Below, one piece after another: positions 27,553 through 35,006 of a stretch of 64,000 nt of DNA. The position numbers and the translations under genes are program-made. The notes below the pieces were generated by a model. The model saw nothing but the letters and a program-made list of their open reading frames with translations. It was not told the origin of the DNA and ran no database searches. Source of the stretch: an uncultured Candidatus Saccharibacteria bacterium (GTDB taxonomy: Bacteria > Patescibacteriota > Minisyncoccia > Phycocordibacterales > UBA9973). Where the stretch lies: the NCBI GenBank assembly GCA_964596395.1, contig CAZQSY010000006.1, positions 153 to 64,152 on the forward strand. Direction: 5' to 3'. The stretch's first letter is position 1; every line of letters starts with the position of its first letter.

Positions 27553-27712
27553 TCTCAAATGTCTTTATTTTCCAACCTTTTTTAGAAACTGTCAGTTAAA
27601 CTCGTACGAACAGCAAAAAGTCCATCTTACGCGCTAACCGTAGTTTATCCGCAAAATATCCGCCAAAACCAATCTCATTAAAAACATCACCTTAAAACTC
27701 CACCCAATTTCC

Positions 27713-27730
27713 CTACAATATACTGTAGCA
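27713..27730. promoter_or_regulatory. operator-like palindrome CTACAATATACTGTAGCA (site 1)
   Basis: Identical 18-mer to site 2; related to the perfect palindrome at site 3. Confidence 0.5.
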
Positions 27731-27812
27731 AATACCCTGTAAGGCAGTTTTTAAAAAACAACCCACGCTAAAACATACCCCGAAAGAACTCCCCAAAAAA
27801 TAATCAAATTTA

Positions 27813-27830
27813 CTACAATATACTGTAGCA
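27813..27830. promoter_or_regulatory. operator-like palindrome CTACAATATACTGTAGCA (site 2)
   Basis: Identical to site 1, 100 bp away. Confidence 0.5.
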
Positions 27831-27911
27831 GATTATGGTGAAGCTTTTGCAGACGATAAAAGACGTAATATACAAAGATCAGAGAAATAAAATAAAAAAG
27901 AAAAAACTTTT

Positions 27912-28319
27912 TTATTTCTTTGAGCTTTTCTTCCAGTACTTTTTCCCGTATTTAGGCGGCATAAACCCCCACAACAGCAAAATATCCTCAACAATTTTCA
28001 GAATATCGGTCTTTTCTTTTTCGGAAACTTGAAGTATGGTGTCGTATTTTCCGATTTCCAAATTCAAAGACATCCTGGCAACGGTCGTAGGGCTGACCTT
28101 GAGCACGTCCGCGATTTTGTCTTGAGGCGTTTCGCTTTGAAGCATTAGGATAATGGCCAGACGCTTAGCCAGCATGATTTTTTCCGTTTTGGTAAAGAGC
28201 TCCTGCATTACCTCTTTGGCGAATTTTCTACTGTGAGCTTTTTCAAAAACAGCCAAAAATTTTTCCAGCAATTTTCCTAAAAGCTTCGGTTTTATTTTTC
28301 TTTTCGAAACGTGCGGCAT
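27912..28319 (-). CDS. TrpR/YerC-YecD-like small HTH regulator
   Basis: KRLAIILMLQSETPQDKIADVLKVSPTTVARMSLNL parallels the YerC segment QRLQVAKMIKQGYTYATIEQESGASTATISRVKRSL; start trimmed to MPHVSK (ATG at 28319). Confidence 0.55.
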   Translation of the reverse strand: MPHVSKRKIKPKLLGKLLEKFLAVFEKAHSRKFAKEVMQELFTKTEKIMLAKRLAIILMLQSETPQDKIADVLKVSPTTVARMSLNLEIGKYDTILQVSEKEKTDILKIVEDILLLWGFMPPKYGKKYWKKSSKK

Positions 28320-28363
28320 AGGGTTTGTTATTCTTGGAATTTTATCTCCCAGTATTATGTTAT

Positions 28364-28385
28364 TTGCTACAATATATTGTAGCAA
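28364..28385. promoter_or_regulatory. 22-bp perfect palindrome TTGCTACAATATATTGTAGCAA (site 3), 45 nt upstream of the regulator start
   Basis: Perfect dyad overlapping the likely promoter of the TrpR-like gene; same half-sites as sites 1 and 2. Confidence 0.6.
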
Positions 28386-28482
28386 ATCTAAGATTGGGTG
28401 CAAGGGGCTGGTGCAAGCAGGCGTAAACAAAACAATATGAATTATGCAAGTGATTTATGTTGCCGTTGATTAAAAAATAGAA

Positions 28483-28516
28483 ACAAAAAAACGCCCGGCT
28501 CTCGCCGGGCGTTTTG
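28483..28516 (-). terminator. intrinsic terminator; 34-bp direct repeat copy 2
   Basis: Identical 34-mer to 25603-25636; terminates the minus-strand gene 28538-29347. Confidence 0.7.
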
Positions 28517-28537
28517 GTTTGTGTCTTACGGTGCGAG

Positions 28538-29347
28538 TTACGCGTGTTTCAGCGGCTTTGACTGATAATCTTCTTCGCCGTACACGTAGCGGAAGAGGAA
28601 GATTATGCCGAAGATTATAACAATCGCCATGAGCCACTGCATAAGACCGGAAGGCAGGAAGCTGTCGTAGCCGAGCATCGCGTTCGCGGTCACACCTTCG
28701 TATTCTTCGTTAATGTCGTCTTTGGTTTCTATCCGGTTGGACGTTTTCTTGACGGCAGTATTTGTATTTGCCGTAGTTGTGACAGCGGCGGTTTTGTTTA
28801 CGCTGTAGCTCGTGCCCGAGGTTTTGTAATTGTAATTCGTATCCGTGCTGTAATTACTGTAGCCGTAGCTCGTTTTGCTCTTGGTGTCTTTGACTGTATC
28901 TGCGTTTGCTTTGATAGAGAAGGAAGCCGCGTTCGAGTATTCTCCCTCGTCGCGGTTGTAGACCGAGACGTAGAATTCTGCCTGGTTGTCGGCGATTTCG
29001 CCCGGGCGGATATCAAACTGCATATGTCTCGGGTCTATGAACCTGCTCGAGTGGTTTATGCCGTCGATTTTTACCACCGAGCTCTCGTTGAAATTGTCGC
29101 CGGTAATCGTGATTCTCACCCTTTCCGTAAGTTCATCTGCGCCTTTCGGGTTGATGTAGGCGATGTAAGGTGTATCTTCTTCACCTTCGCGCACGTACCT
29201 GCGTAAATAAGCCCCGTTGTCGTCGGTTGCGAAATAATATTTATCGGCGGCCTGAGCCCTGGTAGCCATGAAGGTAATCAATCCGAAGCCCAAAATAACC
29301 AATATTTCAAAGCCCCAAATTATGAATTTTTTATTTACCTTAAACAT
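28538..29347 (-). CDS. cell-surface protein with IPT/TIG-like domain, Ser/Thr/Asn/Tyr-rich region and C-terminal TM anchor
   Basis: Signal peptide; VRITITGDNFNESSVVKIDGINHSS IPT-like strand pattern; low-complexity STNY region; C-terminal TM helix. Confidence 0.5.
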   Translation of the reverse strand: MFKVNKKFIIWGFEILVILGFGLITFMATRAQAADKYYFATDDNGAYLRRYVREGEEDTPYIAYINPKGADELTERVRITITGDNFNESSVVKIDGINHSSRFIDPRHMQFDIRPGEIADNQAEFYVSVYNRDEGEYSNAASFSIKANADTVKDTKSKTSYGYSNYSTDTNYNYKTSGTSYSVNKTAAVTTTANTNTAVKKTSNRIETKDDINEEYEGVTANAMLGYDSFLPSGLMQWLMAIVIIFGIIFLFRYVYGEEDYQSKPLKHA

Positions 29348-29384
29348 ATTTAAATTATAGCATACTAGGGCTTAAAAGTCAAGG

Positions 29385-29466
29385 TGCCCGAGGTGGGGGT
29401 CGAACCCACATCCCTTGCGAGACACGATTTTAAGTCGTGCGCGTATACCAATTCCGCCACTCGGGC
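29385..29466 (-). tRNA. tRNA-Leu (anticodon TAA)
   Basis: Reverse complement GCCCGAGTGGCGGAATTGGTA...; anticodon loop CTTAAAA; long variable arm; T-arm GGGTTCGACCCCC. Confidence 0.85.
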
Positions 29467-29507
29467 TTTTTAGAAAACATATTTCATGTTTCCTGTTTTG
29501 CAAAGCA

Positions 29508-29584
29508 AAACCAAAACCCGAGCGTCGGCCTCCTCACTTCGTTCGGATGAGAAACAAAGCAGTTTGTTTTTCATCCACTCGGGC
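29508..29584 (-). terminator. structured terminator after tRNA-Cys (long hairpin plus U-run on the minus strand)
   Basis: Outer stem CCCGAG/CTCGGG, inner stem GGATGAGAAACAAA/TTTGTTTTTCATCC, then TTTTGGTTTTG on the transcribed strand; the 5' 10-mer GCCCGAGTGG duplicates the tRNA-Leu 5' end. Confidence 0.45.
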
Positions 29585-29598
29585 ATTGCTTCGCAAAG

Positions 29599-29670
29599 AG
29601 GCCTGGGTGGGAATCGCACCCACGTATAAGAGTTTTGCAGACTCTTGCCTTACTACTTGGCGACCAGGCC
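29599..29670 (-). tRNA. tRNA-Cys (anticodon GCA)
   Basis: Reverse complement GGCCTGGTCGCCAAGTAGTAAGGCA...; anticodon loop CTGCAAA; discriminator U73. Confidence 0.8.
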
Positions 29671-29759
29671 TTGTTTTTTTAAAAGAAATAAACAAGATAT
29701 AATCTAACATTTTTTTCACAACTTTCAAAATAAAAAAGAATGTGTTAAATTTAAAAAAA

Positions 29760-29832
29760 CCGCCCGTAGCTCAGCTGGTAGAGCAACTCCCTCTTAAGGA
29801 GATGGTCCTCAGTTCGATTCTGAGCGGGCGGA
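29760..29832 (+). tRNA. tRNA-Lys (anticodon CTT)
   Basis: CCGCCCGTAGCTCAGCTGGTAGAGC; anticodon loop CTCTTAA; T-loop TTCGATT. Confidence 0.8.
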
Positions 29833-29852
29833 CAGTTAACCGAAATTGATTG

Positions 29853-29936
29853 GCCGAGGTGGCGAAATTGGCAGACGCACTTGCCTTAGGAGCAAGCGAG
29901 AGAAATCTCTTGGGAGTTCAAATCTCCCCCTCGGCA
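29853..29936 (+). tRNA. tRNA-Leu (anticodon TAG)
   Basis: GCCGAGGTGGCGAAATTGGCAGACGC; anticodon loop CTTAGGA; long variable arm; acceptor GCCGAGG/CCTCGGC. Confidence 0.85.
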
Positions 29937-29940
29937 CCGC

Positions 29941-30264
29941 TTATTTTCCCCGCAACAGTTCGTCGATTCGTTGCCGTCTTTTTTCGCCCGCGTCTATGGC
30001 GAAATCCAGGAAGGGGAGATTTTTGGTTTTCAAGTTTTTCGCCAGAACTTCGCGCAGCTCGCGGCGCTTGCGTTTTACAAATTCAAGCGCGAGTTTTTCT
30101 TTTTCCTCAGGTAGCACGCTGATGAGAATAGTGGCCCGTTTCAGGTCGGGGGAGACATTTGCCGAAGTGACAGTGATGAGAGACGATTTGTCCGTCTCCC
30201 GCTCCAAAAAATTCGCCGCGAGCTCTTTTATAAGGTTTGCCACTTTGTCTTGTCTGTCTGACAT
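29941..30264 (-). CDS. rbfA: ribosome-binding factor A
   Basis: 107 aa; KVANLIKELAANFLERETDKSSLITVTSANVSPDLKRATILISV matches the RbfA KH-like fold. Confidence 0.8.
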   Translation of the reverse strand: MSDRQDKVANLIKELAANFLERETDKSSLITVTSANVSPDLKRATILISVLPEEKEKLALEFVKRKRRELREVLAKNLKTKNLPFLDFAIDAGEKRRQRIDELLRGK

Positions 30265-30273
30265 ATTTTTCTT

Positions 30274-30396
30274 AAATCACGAAACCCTTTCTTGGCGTAC
30301 TTTTTGATAGACACGAAAATTTTCTGCTGAAAATTTTCTCTGTCCGGCGCCGCCGCGCCTCCCAAGGTCTCTCAAAAAGTACGCCCGCGACGGGTT
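30274..30396 (-). ncRNA. copy B of a ~125-nt conserved structured intergenic element, between the infB stop and the rbfA start
   Basis: On the transcribed minus strand aligns base-by-base with copy C at 57356-57480 (about 85% identity) with compensatory changes in the outer stem (CGAAACCC/GGGTTTCG vs TCTGAAACTC/GAGTTTCAGA). Confidence 0.45.
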
Positions 30397-30406
30397 TCGA
30401 GGTAGG

Positions 30407-31930
30407 TTACCTTTGCGTTATGCTAAACGCTTCGATTACATCACCTTCGGCGATTTCAATTTTCGATTCCAGCATCATTCCAAATTCCACCCCTTCTTCG
30501 ACTTCGCGTACTTTCGTTTTGCTTTTTTCCAGGTTCACGATTTTTCCGCGTCCGATTTCAAACTCCCGGCGCAGGATTTTTACCGTACCGTCCATGGTTA
30601 CCTTGCCTTTTAGCGTTTTCGCCCCGACGATTTGCCGTTCTTTGGTGCGGCTGAAGGTCTTTAAAATTTTCGCCCGGCCCGTCACCTCTACCGTTTCAAT
30701 TCTCGGCCGGCGCTTTTCCAGCTCTTCGGTGAGCCATTCGGTCATCTTGTAAATTATGTCAAAGGAATGTATGTCGATGCCTTTCTTGTTCGCCAGCTCG
30801 GCCGCGTTTTTGTCGGCTTTCACGTTAAAGGCGACAATAAGCGCTTCTTCGGAAGGCCCGATTCCTTTTATGTCTCCTTCTGAAACCGGCCCGACTCCCT
30901 TTTGGATTATCCTGAATTCCGCGTTGTCCGTTTTTATTTTTCCGATTTCCTTTTCAATGGCTTCGAGCGAACCGACAATATCGGCCTTCAGCACCATCGG
31001 AATCATTTTCTTCTGATTTTCGCTTTCATTCAGATGGATGGCCGGGCTTTCGTCCGAGCGCGTCTTCTCTTTGCATCCCTCGCAATATTCCGAGGCATCT
31101 CCCTTTTTTTCAAAAGACCTGAATTCCGCGCCCACTTTCGGGATTTTGCTGAAACCGACCAGCCGCACGGGCGAAGAGAAAGTAGCTTCTTTCACCGGCT
31201 TGCCCTGAAAGTCCTCCATTATGTTTGTGCCCGCCATGCTGTCTCCAGCCGCCACACACATGCCTTTTTTTAGCGTGCCGTTTTTTATGACGAGCGTCGC
31301 CTGGATGCCACGGCGGGAATCCAAATTTGCCTCAAGCACGAAGCCCGAAGCGGGGAGGTTCTTGTCTCCTTCCAGATTTTCCATTTCGGCCACAATCGAG
31401 AGAAGTTCCAAAAGATTATCCACGCCGGCACCGGTCTTGGCTGATATTTCGGCGAAAGGAATTTTGCCCCCGTAGTTTTCGAGGTAAATTTCGTTTTCGG
31501 CCAGCTCTTGTTTTGTTTTCTCCACGTTCGCATTCGGTTTGTCTATTTTGTTAATTGCCACCACGCAGGGGATTTTGTTCTGGCAGATGCTTTTCCACGC
31601 TTCCACCGTCTGCGGCTTCGCGCCGTCTTCGGCCGATACGATGAGTATCGCGATGTCGGCAGTTTTCGCTCCGCGTTCGCGCATGCCCGAAAATGACTCG
31701 TGGCCGGGAGTGTCTATGAAAGTCACCCTTTCTTCTTTTCCGCCCGCGTTTTTGCGCGAGACCTCGTATGCCGAAATTCGCTGGGTTATTCCGCCGGCTT
31801 CTTTTTCGGTGATGTTCGTTTTTCTGATGTAGTCGAGCAGAGTCGACTTGCCATGGTCAATATGACCCATTACCACCACGATTGGCGGTCTCGAAATCTT
31901 TCCGTTGTTTTTTGTTTCTTTCTTGTCCAT
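30407..31930 (-). CDS. infB: translation initiation factor IF-2 (short form, 507 aa)
   Basis: G-domain GHIDHGKSTLLD, DTPGHESF, NKIDK; beta-barrel domains; lacks long N-terminal domains. Confidence 0.9.
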   Translation of the reverse strand: MDKKETKNNGKISRPPIVVVMGHIDHGKSTLLDYIRKTNITEKEAGGITQRISAYEVSRKNAGGKEERVTFIDTPGHESFSGMRERGAKTADIAILIVSAEDGAKPQTVEAWKSICQNKIPCVVAINKIDKPNANVEKTKQELAENEIYLENYGGKIPFAEISAKTGAGVDNLLELLSIVAEMENLEGDKNLPASGFVLEANLDSRRGIQATLVIKNGTLKKGMCVAAGDSMAGTNIMEDFQGKPVKEATFSSPVRLVGFSKIPKVGAEFRSFEKKGDASEYCEGCKEKTRSDESPAIHLNESENQKKMIPMVLKADIVGSLEAIEKEIGKIKTDNAEFRIIQKGVGPVSEGDIKGIGPSEEALIVAFNVKADKNAAELANKKGIDIHSFDIIYKMTEWLTEELEKRRPRIETVEVTGRAKILKTFSRTKERQIVGAKTLKGKVTMDGTVKILRREFEIGRGKIVNLEKSKTKVREVEEGVEFGMMLESKIEIAEGDVIEAFSITQR

Positions 31931-31931
31931 G

Positions 31932-32387
31932 TCATATTTTTGCCTTACTTAGCACTTCTCTTTCTTCGGCGGTAAGCTCATACTCGGATTTTCCGGATTT
32001 CACCGGTTTACAGAAAACGCTCATCCGGTCCCGGGCATACAAACTCGAAAGCACTAATCCGTTTCCTTCTTCGTCAAGCATTCCCACCGCGAAACTTTGG
32101 TTGCCGCCTTGGTCAGGGAAAGGGTTGAAACGCAGAACTTCCAAACTGCGCACGCTTTTTTTCAGTTTCTGGTTTATTCCGGCGAGCTGTGCTGCGGTTT
32201 CTTTTTTCGCCGATTCAAGATTTTCTATGTTTTTCTCTAAGAGTAGAATTTTTTCCTCGAGGTCTTTCGCTTTTTTGCCGGCGAAAAATTTTCGCAAGCG
32301 ATGCTCTGTGCGAAGCGACCAGAGCAGGCCGATGAGAAAAGCGGCAACGAAAAAAACAAAAAGAAAAAATTGGAGCTTTGTATCCAT
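31932..32387 (-). CDS. hypothetical membrane protein with coiled-coil (DUF4446-like)
   Basis: TM helix then coiled coil; start placed at MDTKLQ to avoid overlap with the downstream divergent gene. Confidence 0.4.
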   Translation of the reverse strand: MDTKLQFFLFVFFVAAFLIGLLWSLRTEHRLRKFFAGKKAKDLEEKILLLEKNIENLESAKKETAAQLAGINQKLKKSVRSLEVLRFNPFPDQGGNQSFAVGMLDEEGNGLVLSSLYARDRMSVFCKPVKSGKSEYELTAEEREVLSKAKI

Positions 32388-32427
32388 CGCATTTTCACTA
32401 TATACTATCTTTACGCCTAAATCAAAT

Positions 32428-33684
32428 ATGCCTGGCAAGAAAAAAAAGAGAATTATCCATATGGATTACGCGGCCGCCGCCGAACCGAATCCGAGTTCTA
32501 TACATTCCGAGGGGGTGGCCGCCGGCGCGAAACTCGCGGAAGCGCGAAGCGCAGTTGCCCGCATTTTGGACGCCCGGCCGGAGGAAATAATTTTTACCAG
32601 CGGGGGGACGGAATCAAACAACCTGGCCATCCAAGGGGTTGTTTTAGCCGCGAAAGAAAAATTTTCCCCGTCGGCAAAATTTCATATTGTCACCACCAAC
32701 ATAGAGCACCCCTCGGTGTTTGAAACTTGCCGGTTGCTTGAAAAAAGGGGAATGGCCGAAGTTTCTTTCGTGCCAGTGGAATCGGACGGCCTTGTGCAGG
32801 CGAAGAAAGTAAAAAAAGCAATCAAAGAAAACACCGTGCTTGTTTCGGTAATGTACGCGAACAATGAAGTCGGCACCATCCAGCCGGTTCGCGAAATTGT
32901 CAGAGAAATTCGTCATTTTCGAAAGACGCGCGGCGCAGAGCATGCGACTCACAGCGTGTATCCGCTCTTTCACCTGGATGCGGTTCAGGCTACTAATTTT
33001 CTGGATTTAAACGTCGAGCGGCTGGGGGTTGATTTGCTCTCAATTTCTGGCGCGAAGTTGGAAGGAGCCGGCGGGACCGGCGTGTTGTATAAAAAGAAAA
33101 CAGTTCCGCTCGCGCCGGTCTTCGGCGGAGGAGACCAGGAATTCGGTCTTCGTCCCGGCACAGAAAACCTGAAGGCCATCGTTCATTTCGCTTCGGCGTT
33201 TCAAAAATCGGAAAAGGCGAAAGAAAAAGAATTTAAACGGCTAGCCAAACTGCGGGATTATTTCATAAAAAAGCTCGTTTCGCAGACAGCCAATTCTCTC
33301 GGTCCTCGGGTCGCCCATGCAGAAAGTTTTAACAGGAATGGGCTCAGCCAGACGCTCGAAAATCGGCAGTCTGCTTTACTCGTTATAAACGGTGATTTGA
33401 AAGAGAGATTGCCGAACAATTTGAACGTGACTTTTCCTAAAATTCCGAGCGACCTTCTGGTAATCGAACTTTCGGCGAGGGGAATTATGTGTTCTTCAAA
33501 GAGCGTGTGCAAAATCGGAAGTTCCGAAGGTTCTTACGTAATCAAAGCGCTCCGGCCCGGCGCCGACCCTGAAGAGGGCGGCGTGCGTTTTTCTTTCGGT
33601 GCGGAAACGACCAAAGCGGATATTGACTATGTTGTCAAAGCGCTTGGCGAAATTTTAAAAAAGCTCGGGAGGTGGTATAAATAA
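32428..33684 (+). CDS. cysteine desulfurase-like class V aminotransferase (IscS/NifS family)
   Basis: IHSEG...AKLAEARSAVARIL..EIIFTSGGTESNNLAI, HLDAVQA, SISGAKL; start chosen at MPGKKKK (track ORF is artificially extended upstream). Confidence 0.75.
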   Translation: MPGKKKKRIIHMDYAAAAEPNPSSIHSEGVAAGAKLAEARSAVARILDARPEEIIFTSGGTESNNLAIQGVVLAAKEKFSPSAKFHIVTTNIEHPSVFETCRLLEKRGMAEVSFVPVESDGLVQAKKVKKAIKENTVLVSVMYANNEVGTIQPVREIVREIRHFRKTRGAEHATHSVYPLFHLDAVQATNFLDLNVERLGVDLLSISGAKLEGAGGTGVLYKKKTVPLAPVFGGGDQEFGLRPGTENLKAIVHFASAFQKSEKAKEKEFKRLAKLRDYFIKKLVSQTANSLGPRVAHAESFNRNGLSQTLENRQSALLVINGDLKERLPNNLNVTFPKIPSDLLVIELSARGIMCSSKSVCKIGSSEGSYVIKALRPGADPEEGGVRFSFGAETTKADIDYVVKALGEILKKLGRWYK

Positions 33685-33691
33685 AAAATCT

Positions 33692-34219
33692 ATGAAATTT
33701 GAAGCGCTAAGCGGTAAAAGATCATACGGAATAAAAAAAGGTGCTAAAGCGGCTGTGATAACGGCAATGATGCTAGCTCCATTCGCAAAGGACGTTTTGG
33801 CTCAAGACAAAAACACAAACCCGGGTTACTCGGCTAACAGCGGGGAAATAAAACCGATTGATTTCGAATATAGCGCCCTACTGGATAGCACTGAAGCATA
33901 CGGTAAAAAACTGAAGCTAGAAGAAAACCCTTTAAGTATAAAAGGTTTGGAATTAGCGCTTTCTCAGGCGAATATAAAATTTACTTTTCCCGAATACAAA
34001 AAATGGGCGGATTTAGCAAAAGAGAATGGATGGACAACAGCACACCTCGCGTTTGAAAGATTTAGACAGCCGGTTGGAGTCACATCGCAACCTTCTGGAC
34101 TTCATAGAGTTCCTGAACGTATACCAAAAAATAAATATACAAATTTGGAAACAAGCGGTAATACTGGTGTAAAGAAGGTAGAGCTTAAAAAACCTTTTCC
34201 CAGAAACAAAAAGAAATAG
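33692..34219 (+). CDS. secreted hypothetical protein
   Basis: Signal-peptide-like N-terminus; no recognised domain. Confidence 0.4.
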   Translation: MKFEALSGKRSYGIKKGAKAAVITAMMLAPFAKDVLAQDKNTNPGYSANSGEIKPIDFEYSALLDSTEAYGKKLKLEENPLSIKGLELALSQANIKFTFPEYKKWADLAKENGWTTAHLAFERFRQPVGVTSQPSGLHRVPERIPKNKYTNLETSGNTGVKKVELKKPFPRNKKK

Positions 34220-34256
34220 AATTTTGTTAAACTTTTGAAAGTGTTATAATACCGCT

Positions 34257-34997
34257 ATGGATATCAAGGATTTAAACAAACCTCAGCTTATTCTGCTTGC
34301 CCTGCTTATTTCTTTTGTCACTTCGCTGGCCACCGGCATTACCACGGTGACTTTGATGCAGCAGGCGCCCGATACTGTAACTACGCCGATTACCAACGTG
34401 GTAAGACAAACGGTAGAGAAGATAGTGCAGGTGCCGGGAAAAACCGCCGTGCAGACAGTGGTCATAAAAGAAGAAGACCTGGTGGTGGACGCGATAGAAA
34501 AAAATAAATCAGCTCTCTTTTCTTTGACGAAAGAATGGAAGGATAATGATGGGAATGCAATGCAGGCCTCCGCGGGGTACGGATTCGCAGTTTCTGAGGA
34601 CGGGATACTGGTCGCCGACAGTTTTCTGATTTCTCCGGAAGAAAATTACTACGCGGAAAATGAAAGCGGAAAGTTCAAAGCGACTCCGATTGCTTCGCAG
34701 GGAAAAAAGGACTTTGTTTTTTTGAAAATCGGAGAGCCCTTGGACCCCGCGAGTAAAATTTCTTTTTCCGTACCCGAGGCGGGCGATATCGGCCAAATGA
34801 AAGCCGGCCAGAAAATTTTGATTTTGGGGGAATCAGTGTCCTCGCTCTTTCTTTCTGGAAGCAAAGAGCTGAAAATACCCGGCGCAAGCGGGGGCTCTCT
34901 GGTACTGAATCTTGAAGGGCAGGCGCTCGGCATGGTTTCTTCGGCCGGCGAAGTAAAGTTTGTTCCGATAGATAAAATTCTTGAATCCCTAATTTAA
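34257..34997 (+). CDS. membrane-anchored trypsin-like serine protease (HtrA/DegP catalytic domain only, no PDZ)
   Basis: TM anchor; GASGGSLVLNLEGQALGMVS resembles the catalytic-serine segment GNSGGPLVN..G.VIGI. Confidence 0.6.
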   Translation: MDIKDLNKPQLILLALLISFVTSLATGITTVTLMQQAPDTVTTPITNVVRQTVEKIVQVPGKTAVQTVVIKEEDLVVDAIEKNKSALFSLTKEWKDNDGNAMQASAGYGFAVSEDGILVADSFLISPEENYYAENESGKFKATPIASQGKKDFVFLKIGEPLDPASKISFSVPEAGDIGQMKAGQKILILGESVSSLFLSGSKELKIPGASGGSLVLNLEGQALGMVSSAGEVKFVPIDKILESLI

Positions 34998-35006
34998 AAT
35001 TTATTT

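Larger units (their letters stand above)
25643..28482 (-). mobile_element. putative horizontally acquired ~2.85-kb insertion flanked by 34-bp direct repeats
   Basis: GC content visibly higher (SPFH gene ~60%) than surrounding ~45%; bracketed by identical terminator copies; self-contained regulator-operator-operon layout; no integrase seen. Confidence 0.35.

Noticed and set aside
27835-28032. 65-aa plus-strand ORF antisense to the 3' end of the TrpR-like gene
   Set aside because: Low-complexity Lys/Phe-rich product generated by an A/T-rich stretch; overlaps a gene with a clear HTH homologue on the other strand.
29415-30307. Track ORFs 29415-29702 (+) and 29846-30307 (+)
   Set aside because: They overlap tRNA-Cys and the tRNA-Lys/tRNA-Leu pair, and lie antisense to rbfA.
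31882-32427. Upstream 180-codon extension of the cysteine desulfurase ORF
   Set aside because: An open frame without homology that overlaps the divergent gene 31932-32387; homology to IscS/NifS begins at MPGKKKK...IHMDY, so the start was set at 32428.
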